64,000 nt of DNA from Eledone cirrhosa (taxonomy: Eukaryota). Made by a program: the position numbers and the translations under genes. Below are positions 21,701-35,000 of the stretch, piece after piece (the first letter of the stretch is position 1; the number at the start of each line of letters is the position of its first letter). The notes under the pieces were generated by a model. That model did not search any database, was not told the DNA's origin, and saw nothing but the letters and a program-made list of their open reading frames with translations. Location of the stretch: contig OZ024743.1 in the NCBI GenBank assembly GCA_964016885.1, positions 56,606,001 through 56,670,000 of the forward strand, read 5' to 3'.

Positions 21701-24700
21701 GTCACTTTATTCCATGTTGCCCCTGTGTTGTGTCATTGAGCAAGTCACTTTATTCCATATTGCCCCAGTGTTGTGTCATTGAGCAAGTCACTTTATTCCA
21801 TATTGCCCCAGTGTTGTGTCATTGAGCTAGTCACTTTATTCCATATTGCCCCAGTGTTGTGTCATTGAGCAAGTCACTTTATTCCATGTTGCCCCTGTGT
21901 TGTGTCATTGAGCAAGTCACTTTATTCCATATTGCTCCTGTGTTGTGTCATTGAGCAAGTCACTTTATTCCATGTTGCCCCAGTGTTGTGTCATTGAGCA
22001 AGTCACTTTATTCCATGTTGCCCCAGTGTTGTGTCATTGAGCAAGTCACTTTATTCCATGTTGCCCCAGTGTTGTGTCATTGAGCAAGTCACTTTATTCC
22101 ATGTTGCTCCAGTGTTGTGTCATTGAGCAAGTCACTTTATTCCATGTTGCCCCTGTGTTGTGTCATTGAGCAAGTCACTTTATTCCATGTTGCCCCTGTG
22201 TTGTGTCATTGAGCAAGTCACTTTATTCCATGTTGCCCCAGTGTTGTGTCATTGAGCAAGTCACTTTATTCCATGTTGCCCCTGTGTTGTGTCATTGAGC
22301 AAGTCACTTTATTCCATGTTGCCCCAGTGTTGTGTCATTGAGCAAGTCACTTTATTCCATGTTGCCCCTGTGTTGTGTCATTGAGCAAGTCATTTTATTC
22401 CATATTTCCCCAGTGTTGTGTCATTGAGCAAGTCACTTTATTCCATATTGCCCCAGTGTTGTGTCATTGAGCAAGTCATTTTATTCCATATTGCCCCTGT
22501 GTTGTGTCATTGAGCAAGTCATTTTATTCCATATTTCCCCAGTGTTGTGTCATTGAGCAAGTCATTTTATTCCATATTTCCCCAGTGTTGTGTCATTGAG
22601 CAAGTCACTTTATTCCATATTGCCCCTGTGTTGTGTCATTGAGCAAGTCACTTTATTCCATATTTCCCCAGTGTTGTGTCATTGAGCAAGTCACTTTATT
22701 CCATATTGCTCCAGTGTTGTGTCATTGAGCAAGTCATTTTATTCCATATTGCCCCAGTGTTGTGTCATTGAGCAAGTCACTTTATTCTATGTTGCCCCTG
22801 TGTTGTGTCATTGAGCAAGTCACTTTATTCCATATTGCCCCTGTGTTGTGTCATTGAGCAAGTCACTTTATTCCATATTGCCCCAGTGTTGTGTCATTGA
22901 GCAAGTCACTTTATTCCATATTGCTCCTGTGTTGTGTCATTGAGCAAGTCACTTTATTCCAGATTGCCCCAGTGTTGTGTCATTGAGCAAGTCACTTTAT
23001 TCCATGTTGCCCCTGTGTTGTGTCATTGAGCAAGTCACTTTATTCCATATTGCCCCTGTGTTGTGTCATTGAGCAAGTCACTTTATTCCATATTGCCCCA
23101 GTGTTGTGTCATTGAGCAAGTCACTTTATTCCATATTGCTCCTGTGTTGTGTCATTGAGCAAGTCACTTTATTCCATATTGCCCCAGTGTTGTGTCATTG
23201 AGCAAGTCACTTTATTCCATGTTGCCCCTGTGTTGTGTCATTGAGCAAGTCACTTTATTCCATGTTGCCCCAGTGTTGTGTCATTGAGCAAGTCACTTTA
23301 TTCCATATTGCCCTGTGTTGTGTCATTGAGCAAGTCACTTTATTCCATATAGCCCCTGTGTTGTGTCATTGAGCAAGTCACTTTATTCCATGTTGCCCCT
23401 GTGTTGTGTCATTGAGCAAGTCACTTTATTCCATGTTGCCCCTGTGTTGTGTCATTGAGCAAGTCACTTTATTCCATATTGCTCCAGTGTTGTGTCATTG
23501 AGCAAGTCACTTTATTCCATGTTGCCCCTGTGTTGTGTCATTGAGCAAGTCACTTTATTCCATATTGCTCCTGTGTTGTGTCATTGAGCAATCACTTTAT
23601 TCCATATTGCTCCTGTGTTGTGTCATTGAGCAAGTCACTTTATTCCATATTGCCCCAGTGTTGTGTCATTGAGCAAGTCACTTTATTCCATGTTGCCCCT
23701 GTGTTGTGTCATTGAGCAAGTCACTTTATTCCATATTGCCCCTGTGTTGTGTCATTGAGCAAGTCACTTTATTCCATGTTGGCCCTGTGTTGTGTCATTG
23801 AGCAAGTCACTTTATTCCATATTGCCCCAGTGTTGTGTCATTGAGCAAGTCACTTTATTCCATATTGCCCCAGTGTTGTGTCATTGAGCAAGTCACTTTA
23901 TTCCATGTTGCTCCAGTGTTGTGTCATTGAGCAAGTCACTTTATTCCATGTTGCCCCAGTGTTGTGTCATTGAGCAAGTCACTTTATTCCATGTTGCCCC
24001 AGTGTTGTGTCATTGAGCAAGTCACTTTATTCCATGTTGCCCCAGTGTTGTGTCATTGAGCAAGTCACTTTATTCCATATTGCTCCAGTGTTGTGTCATT
24101 GAGCAAGTCACTTTATTCCATATTGCTCCAGTGTTGTGTCATTGAGCAAGTCACTTTATTCCATATTGCCCCAGTGTTGTGTCATTGAGCAAGTCACTTT
24201 ATTCCATATTGCTCCAGTGTTGTGTCATTGAGCAAGTCACTTTATTCCATATTGCCCCAGTGTTGTGTCATTGACCAAGTCACTTTATTCCATATTGCCC
24301 CAGTGTTGTGTCATTGAGCAAGTCACTTTATTCCAGGTTGCCCCAGTGTTGTGTCATTGAGCAAGTCAATTTATTCCATATTGCTCCAGTGTTGTGTCAT
24401 TGAGCAAGTCACTTTATTCCATATTGCTCCAGTGTTTTGTCATTGAGCAAGCCACTTTATTCCATATTGCCCCAGTGTTGTGTCATTGAGCAAGTCACTT
24501 TGTTCCATATTGCTCCAGTGTTGTGTCATTGAGCAAGTCACTTTATTCCATATTGCCCCAGTGTTGTGTCATTGAGCAAGTCACTTTATTCCATATTGCC
24601 CCAGTGTTGTGTCATTGAGCAAGTCACTTTATTCCATGTTGCTCCAGTGTTGTGTCATTGAGCAAGTCACTTTATTCCATGTTGCCCCAGTGTTGTGTCA

Positions 24701-27700
24701 TTGAGCAAGTCACTTTATTCCATGTTGCCCCTGTGTTGTGTCATTGAGCAAGTCACTTTATTCCATATTGCCCCAGTGTTGTGTCATTGAGCAAGTCACT
24801 TTATTCCATATTGCCCCAGTGTTGTGTCATTGAGCAAGTCACTTTATTCCATGTTGCCCCTGTGTTGTGTCATTGAGCAAGTCACTTTATTCCATGTTGC
24901 CCCAGTGTTGTGTCATTGAGCAAGTCACTTTATTCCATGTTGCCCCAGTGTTGTGTCATTGAGCAAGTCACTTTATTCCATGTTGCCCCTGTGTTGTGTC
25001 ATTGAGCAAGTCACTTTATTCCATATTGCCCCAGTGTTGTGTCATTGAGCAAGTCACTTTATTCCATATTGCCCCAGTGTTGTGTCATTGAGCTAGTCAC
25101 TTTATTCCATATTGCCCCAGTGTTGTGTCATTGAGCAAGTCACTTTATTCCATGTTGCCCCTGTGTTGTGTCATTGAGCAAGTCACTTTATTCCATATTG
25201 CTCCTGTGTTGTGTCATTGAGCAAGTCACTTTATTCCATGTTGCCCCAGTGTTGTGTCATTGAGCAAGTCACTTTATTCCATGTTGCCCCAGTGTTGTGT
25301 CATTGAGCAAGTCACTTTATTCCATGTTGCCCCTGTGTTGTGTCATTGAGCAAGTCACTTCATTCCATATTGCCCCAGTGTTGTGTCATTGAGCAAGTCA
25401 CTTTATTCCATATTGCCCCAGTGTTGTGTCATTGAGCAAGTCACTTTATTCCATGTTGCCCCAGTGTTGTGTCATTGAGCAAGTCACTTTATTCCATGTT
25501 GCCCCTGTGTTGTGTCATTGAGCAAGTCACTTTATTCCATGTTGCCCCAGTGTTGTGTCATTGAGCAAGTCACTTTATTCCATGTTGCCCCTGTGTTGTG
25601 TCATTGAGCAAGTCACTTTATTCCATGTTGCCCCTGTGTTGTGTCATTGAGCAAGTCACTTTATTCCATGTTGCCCCAGTGTTGTGTCATTGAGCAAGTC
25701 ACTTTATTCCATGTTGCCCCTGTGTTGTGTCATTGAGCAAGTCACTTTATTCCATGTTGCCCCTGTGTTGTGTCATTGAGCAAGTCACTTTATTCCATGT
25801 TGCCCCAGTGTTGTGTCATTGAGCAAGTCACTTTATTCCATATTGCCCCAGTGTTGTGTCATTGAGCAAGTCACTTTATTCCATGTTGCCCCAGTGTTGT
25901 GTCATTGAGCAAGTCACTTTATCCATGTTGACCCTGTGTTGTGTCATTGAGCAAGTCACTTTATTCCATGTTGCCCCTGTGTTGTGTCATTGAGCAAGTC
26001 ACTTTATTCCATGTTGCCCCAGTGTTGTGTCATTGAGCAAGTCACTTTATTCCATGTTGCCCCAGTGTTGTGTCATTGAGCAAGTCACTTTATTCCATGT
26101 TGCCCCTGTGTTGTGTCATTGAGCAAGTCACTTTATTCCATGTTGCCCCTGTGTTGTGTCATTGAGCAAGTCACTTTATTCCATGTTGCCCCTGTGTTGT
26201 GTCATTGAGCAAGTCACTTTATTCCATGTTGCCCCAGTGTTGTGTCATTGAGCAAGTCACTTTATTCCATGTTGCCCCAGTGTTGTGTCATTGAGCAAGT
26301 CACTTTATTCCATGTTGCCCCTGTGTTGTGTCATTGAGCAAGTCACTTTATTCCATGTTGCCCCTGTGTTGTGTCATTGAGCAAGTCACTTTATTCCATG
26401 TTGCCCCAGTGTTGTGTCATTGAGCAAGTCACTTTATTCCATATTGCCCCAGTGTTGTGTCATTGAGCAAGTCACTTTATTCCATGTTGCCCCAGTGTTG
26501 TGTCATTGAGCAAGTCACTTTATTCCATGTTGCCCCTGTGTTGTGTCATTGAGCAAGTCACTTTATTCCATGTTGCCCCTGTGTTGTGTCATTGAGCAAG
26601 TCACTTTATTCCATGTTGCCCCAGTGTTGTGTCATTGAGCAAGTCACTTTATTCCATGTTGCCCCAGTGTTGTGTCATTGAGCAAGTCACTTTATTCCAT
26701 GTTGCCCCTGTGTTGTGTCATTGAGCAAGTCACTTTATTCCATGTTGCCCCTGTGTTGTGTCATTGAGCAAGTCACTTTATTCCATGTTGCCCCAGTGTT
26801 GTGTCATTGAGCAAGTCACTTTATTCCATATTGCCCCAGTGTTGTGTCATTGAGCAAGTCACTTTATTCCATGTTGCCCCTGTGTTGTGTCATTGAGCAA
26901 GTCACTTTATTCCATGTTGCCCCAGTGTTGTGTCATTGAGCAAGTCACTTTATTCCATATTGCCCTGTGTTGTGTCATTGAGCAAGTCACTTTATTCCAT
27001 ATTGTCCCTGTGTTGTGTCATTGAGCAAGTCACTTTATTCCATATTGCCCCAGTATTGTGTCATTGAGCAAGTCACTTTATTCCATATTGCTCCTGTGTT
27101 GTGTCATTGAGCAAGTCACTTTATTCCATATTGCCCCAGTGTTGTGTCATTGAGCAAGTCACTTTATTCCCTGTTGCCCCTGTGTTGTGTCATTGAGCAA
27201 GTCACTTTATTCCATGTTGCCCCAGTGTTGTGTCATTGAGCAAGTCACTTTATTCCATATTGCCCTGTGTTGTGTCATTGAGCAAGTCACTTTATTCCAT
27301 ATAGCCCCTGTGTTGTGTCATTGAGCAAGTCACTTTATTACATGTTGCCCCTGTGTTGTGTCATTGAGCAAGTCACTTTATTCCATGTTGCCCCTGTGTT
27401 GTGTCATTGAGCAAGTCACTTTATTCCATATTGCTCCAGTGTTGTGTCATTGAGCAAGTCACTTTATTCCATGTTGCCCTTGTGTTGTGTCATTGAGCAA
27501 GTCACTTTATTCCATATTGCTCCTGTGTTGTGTCATTGAGCAAGTCACTTTATTCCATATTGCTCCTGTGTTGTGTCATTGAGCAAGTCACTTTATTCCA
27601 TATTGCCCCAGTGTTGTGTCATTGAGCAAGTCACTTTATTCCATATTGCCCCAGTGTTGTGTCATTGAGCAAGTCACTTTATTCCATGTTGCCCCTGTGT

Positions 27701-30700
27701 TGTGTCATTGAGCAAGTCACTTTATTCCATATTGCTCCTGTGTTGTGTCATTGAGCAAGTCACTTTATTCCATGTTGCCCCAGTGTTGTGTCATTGAGCA
27801 AGTCACTTTATTCCATGTTGCCCCAGTGTTGTGTCATTGAGCAAGTCACTTTATTCCATGTTGCCCCTGTGTTGTGTCATTGAGCAAGTCACTTTATTCC
27901 ATATTGCCCCAGTGTTGTGTCATTGAGCAAGTCACTTTATTCCATATTGCCCCAGTGTTGTGTCATTGAGCAAGTCACTTTATTCCATGTTGCCCCAGTG
28001 TTGTGTCATTGAGCAAGTCACTTTATTCCATGTTGCCCCTGTGTTGTGTCATTGAGCAAGTCACTTTATTCCATGTTGCCCCAGTGTTGTGTCATTGAGC
28101 AAGTCACTTTATTCCATGTTGCCCCTGTGTTGTGTCATTGAGCAAGTCACTTTATTCCATGTTGCCCCTGTGTTGTGTCATTGAGCAAGTCACTTTATTC
28201 CATGTTGCCCCAGTGTTGTGTCATTGAGCAAGTCACTTTATTCCATGTTGCCCCTGTGTTGTGTCATTGAGCAAGTCACTTTATTCCATGTTGCCCCTGT
28301 GTTGTGTCATTGAGCAAGTCACTTTATTCCATGTTGCCCCAGTGTTGTGTCATTGAGCAAGTCACTTTATTCCATATTGCCCCAGTGTTGTGTCATTGAG
28401 CAAGTCACTTTATTCCATGTTGCCCCAGTGTTGTGTCATTGAGCAAGTCACTTTATTCCATGTTGCCCCTGTGTTGTGTCATTGAGCAAGTCACTTTATT
28501 CCATGTTGCCCCTGTGTTGTGTCATTGAGCAAGTCACTTTATTCCATGTTGCCCCAGTGTTGTGTCATTGAGCAAGTCACTTTATTCCATGTTGCCCCAG
28601 TGTTGTGTCATTGAGCAAGTCACTTTATTCCATGTTGCCCCTGTGTTGTGTCATTGAGCAAGTCACTTTATTCCATGTTGCCCCTGTGTTGTGTCATTGA
28701 GCAAGTCACTTTATTCCATGTTGCCCCAGTGTTGTGTCATTGAGCAAGTCACTTTATTCCATATTGCCCCAGTGTTGTGTCATTGAGCAAGTCACTTTAT
28801 TCCATGTTGCTCCTGTGTTGTGTCATTGAGCAAGTCACTTTATTCCATGTTGCCCCAGTATTGTGTCATTGAGCAAGTCACTTTATTCCATGTTGCCCCA
28901 GTGTTGTGTCATTGAGCAAGTCACTTTATTCCATGTTGCTCCAGTGTTGTGTCATTGAGCAAGTCACTTTATTCCATGTTGCCCCTGTGTTGTGTCATTG
29001 AGCAAGTCACTTTATTCCATGTTGCCCCTGTGTTGTGTCATTGAGCAAGTCACTTTATTCCATGTTGCCCCAGTGTTGTGTCATTGAGCAAGTCACTTTA
29101 TTCCATGTTGCTCCTGTGTTGTGTCATTGAGCAAGTCACTTTATTCCATGTTGCCCCAGTGTTGTGTCATTGAGCAAGTCACTTTATTCCATGTTGCCCC
29201 TGTGTTGTGTCATTGAGCAAGTCATTTTATTCCATATTTCCCCAGTGTTGTGTCATTGAGCAAGTCACTTTATTCCATATTGCCCCAGTGTTGTGTCATT
29301 GAGCAAGTCATTTTATTCCATATTGCCCCTGTGTTGTGTCATTGAGCAAGTCATTTTATTCCATATTTCCCCAGTGTTGTGTCATTGAGCAAGTCATTTT
29401 ATTCCATATTTCCCCAGTGTTGTGTCATTGAGCAAGTCACTTTATTCCATATTGCCCCTGTGTTGTGTCATTGAGCAAGTCACTTTATTCCATATTTCCC
29501 CAGTGTTGTGTCATTGAGCAAGTCACTTTATTCCATATTGCTCCAGTGTTGTGTCATTGAGCAAGTCATTTTATTCCATATTGCCCCAGTGTTGTGTCAT
29601 TGAGCAAGTCACTTTATTCTATGTTGCCCCTGTGTTGTGTCATTGAGCAAGTCACTTTATTCCATATTGCCCCTGTGTTGTGTCATTGAGCAAGTCACTT
29701 TATTCCATATTGCCCCAGTGTTGTGTCATTGAGCAAGTCACTTTATTCCATATTGCTCCTGTGTTGTGTCATTGAGCAAGTCACTTTATTCCAGATTGCC
29801 CCAGTGTTGTGTCATTGAGCAAGTCACTTTATTCCATGTTGCCCCTGTGTTGTGTCATTGAGCAAGTCACTTTATTCCATATTGCCCCTGTGTTGTGTCA
29901 TTGAGCAAGTCACTTTATTCCATATTGCCCCAGTGTTGTGTCATTGAGCAAGTCACTTTATTCCATATTGCTCCTGTGTTGTGTCATTGAGCAAGTCACT
30001 TTATTCCATATTGCCCCAGTGTTGTGTCATTGAGCAAGTCACTTTATTCCATGTTGCCCCTGTGTTGTGTCATTGAGCAAGTCACTTTATTCCATGTTGC
30101 CCCAGTGTTGTGTCATTGAGCAAGTCACTTTATTCCATATTGCCCTGTGTTGTGTCATTGAGCAAGTCACTTTATTCCATATAGCCCCTGTGTTGTGTCA
30201 TTGAGCAAGTCACTTTTTTCCATGTTGCCCCTGTGTTGTGTCATTGAGCAAGTCACTTTATTCCATGTTGCCCCTGTGTTGTGTCATTGAGCAAGTCACT
30301 TTATTCCATATTGCTCCAGTGTTGTGTCATTGAGCAAGTCACTTTATTCCATGTTGCCCCTGTGTTGTGTCATTGAGCAAGTCACTTTATTCCATATTGC
30401 TCCTGTGTTGTGTCATTGAGCAATCACTTTATTCCATATTGCTCCTGTGTTGTGTCATTGAGCAAGTCACTTTATTCCATATTGCCCCAGTGTTGTGTCA
30501 TTGAGCAAGTCACTTTATTCCATGTTGCCCCTGTGTTGTGTCATTGAGCAAGTCACTTTATTCCATATTGCCCCAGTGTTGTGTTATTGAGCAAGTCACT
30601 TTATTCCATGTTGCCCCTGTGTTGTGTCATTGAGCAAGTCACTTTATTCCATATTGCCCCAGTGTTGTGTCATTGAGGAAGTCACTTTATTCCATATTGC

Positions 30701-32049
30701 CCCAGTGTTGTGTCATTGAGCAAGTCACTTTATTCCATATTGCTCCAGTGTTGTGTCATTGAGCAAGTCACTTTATTCCATATTGCTCCAGTGTTTGGTC
30801 ATTGAGCAAGTCACTTTATTCCATATTGCTCCTGTGTTGTGTCATTGAGCAAGTCACTTTATTCCATATTGCTCCTGTGTTGTGTCATTGAGCAAGTCAC
30901 TTTATTCCATGTTGCTCCAGTGTTGTGTCATTGAGCAAGTCACTTTATTCCATATTGCTCCTGTGTTGTGTCATTGAGCAAGTCACTTTATTCCATATTG
31001 CTCCTGTGTTGTGTCATTGAGCAAGTCACTTTATTCCATATTGCTCCAGTGTTGTGTCATTGAGTAAGTCACTTTATTCCATATTGCCCCTGTGTTGTGT
31101 CATTGAGCAAGTCACTTTATTCCATGTTGCCCCTGTGTTGTGTCATTGAGCAAGTCACTTTATTCCATATTGCCCCTGTGTTGTGTCATTGAGCAAGTCA
31201 CTTTATTCCATATTGCCCCTGTGTTGTGTCATTGAGCAAGTCACTTTATTCCATGTTGGCCCTGTGTTGTGTCATTGAGCAAGTCACTTTATTCCATATT
31301 GCCCCAGTGTTGTGTCATTGGGCAAGTCACTTTATTCCATATTGCCCCAGTGTTGTGTCATTGAGCAAGTCACTTTATTCCATGTTGCTCCAGTGTTGTG
31401 TCATTGAGCAGGTCACTTTATTCCATGTTGCCCCAGTGTTGTGTCATTGAGCAAGTCACTTTATTCCATGTTGCCCCAGTGTTGTGTCATTGAGCAAGTC
31501 ACTTTATTCCATGTTGCCCCAGTGTTGTGTCATTGAGCAAGTCACTTTATTCCATATTGCTCCAGTGTTGTGTCATTGAGCAAGTCACTTTATTCCATAT
31601 TGCTCCAGTGTTGTGTCATTGAGCAAGTCACTTTATTCCATATTGCCCCAGTGTTGTGTCATTGAGCAAGTCACTTTATTCCATATTGCTCCAGTGTTGT
31701 GTCATTGAGCAAGTCACTTTATTCCATATTGCCCCAGTGTTGTGTCATTGAGCAAGTCACTTTATTCCATATTGCTCCAGTGTTGTGTCATTGAGCAAGT
31801 CACTTTATTCCATATTGCCCCAGTGTTGTGTCATTGAGCAAGTCACTTTATTCCATATTGCTCCAGTGTTGTGTCATTGAGCAAGTCACTTTATTCCATA
31901 TTGCCCCAGTGTTGTGTCATTGAGCAAGTCACTTTATTCCATATTGCCCCAGTGTTGTGTCATTGAGCAAGTCACTTTATTCCATATTGCTCCAGTGTTG
32001 TGTCATTGAGCAAGTCACTTTATTCCATATTGCCACAGTGTTGTGTCAT

Positions 32050-35000
32050 TGAGCAAGTCACTTTATTCCATATTGCTCCTGTGTTGTGTCATTGAGCAAG
32101 TCACTTTATTCCATATTGCCCCAGTGTTGTGTCATTGAGCAAGTCACTTTATTCCATGTTGCCCCTGTGTTGTGTCATTGAGCAAGTCACTTTATTCCAT
32201 GTTGCCCCAGTGTTGTGTCATTGAGCAAGTCACTTTATTCCATATTGCCCTGTGTTGTGTCATTGAGCAAGTCACTTTATTCCATATAGCCCCTGTGTTG
32301 TGTCATTGAGCAAGTCACTTTATTCCATGTTGCCCCTGTGTTGTGTCATTGAGCAAGTCACTTTATTCCATGTTGCCCCTGTGTTGTGTCATTGAGCAAG
32401 TCACTTTATTCCATATTGCTCCAGTGTTGTGTCATTGAGCAAGTCACTTTATTCCATGTTGCCCCTGTGTTGTGTCATTGAGCAAGTCACTTTATTCCAT
32501 ATTGCTCCTGTGTTGTGTCATTGAGCAATCACTTTATTCCATATTGCTCCTGTGTTGTGTCATTGAGCAAGTCACTTTATTCCATATTGCCCCAGTGTTG
32601 TGTCATTGAGCAAGTCACTTTATTCCATGTTGCCCCTGTGTTGTGTCATTGAGCAAGTCACTTTATTCCATATTGCCCCAGTGTTGTGTCATTGAGCAAG
32701 TCACTTTATTCCATGTTGCCCCTGTGTTGTGTCATTGAGCAAGTCACTTTATTCCATATTGCCCCAGTGTTGTGTCATTGAGGAAGTCACTTTATTCCAT
32801 ATTGCCCCAGTGTTGTGTCATTGAGCAAGTCACTTTATTCCATATTGCTCCAGTGTTGTGTCATTGAGCAAGTCACTTTATTCCATATTGCTCCAGTGTT
32901 TGGTCATTGAGCAAGTCACTTTATTCCATATTGCTCCTGTGTTGTGTCATTGAGCAAGTCACTTTATTCCATATTGCTCCTGTGTTGTGTCATTGAGCAA
33001 GTCACTTTATTCCATGTTGCTCCAGTGTTGTGTCATTGAGCAAGTCACTTTATTCCATATTGCTCCTGTGTTGTGTCATTGAGCAAGTCACTTTATTCCA
33101 TATTGCTCCTGTGTTGTGTCATTGAGCAAGTCACTTTATTCCATATTGCTCCAGTGTTGTGTCATTGAGCAAGTCACTTTATTCCATATTGCCCCTGTGT
33201 TGTGTCATTGAGCAAGTCACTTTATTCCATGTTGCCCCTGTGTTGTGTCATTGAGCAAGTCACTTTATTCCATATTGCTCCTGTGTTGTGTCATTGAGCA
33301 AGTCACTTTATTACATGTTGCACCAGTGTTGTGTCATTGAGCAAGTCACTTTATTCCATATTGCCCCTGTGTTGTGTCATTGAGCAAGTCACTTTATTCC
33401 ATATAGCCCCTGTGTTGTGTCATTGAGCAAGTCACTTTATTCCATGTTGGCCCTGTGTTGTGTCATTGAGCAAGTCACTTTATTCCATATTGCCCCAGTG
33501 TTGTGTCATTGAGCAAGTCACTTTATTCCGTATTGCCCCAGTGTTGTGTCATTGAGCAAGTCACTTTATTCCATGTTGCTCCAGTGTTGTGTCATTGAGC
33601 AAGTCACTTTATTCCATGTTGCCCCAGTGTTGTGTCATTGAGCAAGTCACTTTATTCCATGTTGCCCCAGTGTTGTGTCATTGAGCAAGTCACTTTATTC
33701 CATGTTGCCCCAGTGTTGTGTCATTGAGCAAGTCACTTTATTCCATATTACTCCAGTGTTGTGTCATTGAGCAAGTCACTTTATTCCATATTGCTCCAGT
33801 GTTGTGTCATTGAGCAAGTCACTTTATTCCATATTGCCCCAGTGTTGTGTCATTGAGCAAGTCACTTTATTCCATATTGCTCCAGTGTTGTGTCATTGAG
33901 CAAGTCACTTTATTCCATATTGCCCCAGTGTTGTGTCATTGAGCAAGTCACTTTATTCCATATTGCTCCAGTGTTGTGTCATTGAGCAAGTCACTTTATT
34001 CCATATTGCCCCAGTGTTGTGTCATTGAGCAAGTCACTTTATTCCATATTGCCCCAGTGTTGTGTCATTGAGCAAGTCACTTTATTCCATGTTGCTCCAG
34101 TGTTGTGTCATTGAGCAAGTCACTTTATTCCATGTTGCCCCAGTGTTGTGTCATTGAGCAAGTCACTTTATTCCATGTTGCCCCTGTGTTGTGTCATTGA
34201 GCAAGTCACTTTATTCCATATTGCCCCAGTGTTGTGTCATTGAGCAAGTCACTTTATTCCATATTGCCCCAGTGTTGTGTCATTGAGCAAGTCACTTTAT
34301 TCCATGTTGCCCCTGTGTTGTGTCATTGAGCAAGTCACTTTATTCCATGTTGCCCCAGTGTTGTGTCATTGACCAAGTCACTTTATTCCATGTTGCCCCA
34401 GTGTTGTGTCATTGAGCAAGTCACTTTATTCCATGTTGCCCCTGTGTTGTGTCATTGAGCAAGTCACTTTATTCCATATTGCCCCAGTGTTGTGTCATTG
34501 AGCAAGTCACTTTATTCCATATTGCCCCAGTGTTGTGTCATTGAGCAAGTCACTTTATTCCATATTGCCCCAGTGTTGTGTCATTGAGCAAGTCACTTTA
34601 TTCCATGTTGCCCCTGTGTTGTGTCATTGAGCAAGTCACTTTATTCCATATTGCCCCAGTGTTGTGTCATTGAGCAAGTCACTTTATTCCATATTGCCCC
34701 AGTGTTGTGTCATTGAGCAAGTCACTTTATTCCATATTGCTCCAGTGTTGTGTCATTGAGCAAGTCACTTTATTCCATATTGCCACAGTGTTGTGTCATT
34801 GAGCAAGTCACTTTATTCCATATTGCTCCAGTGTTGTGTCATTGAGCAAGTCACTTTATTCCATATTGCCCCAGTGTTGTGTCATTGAGCAAGTCACTTT
34901 ATTCCATATTGCTCCAGTGTTGTGTCATTGAGCAAGTCACTTTATTCCATATTGCCCCAGTGTTGTGTCATTGAGCAAGTCACTTTATTCCATATTGCTC

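Noticed and set aside
31226-31450. 74-aa ORF within the satellite
   Set aside because: Each plus-strand frame meets the monomer's TGA every 129 bp; a single TGA-to-TGG change at 31321 lengthens this one. No ATG start or coding signal.
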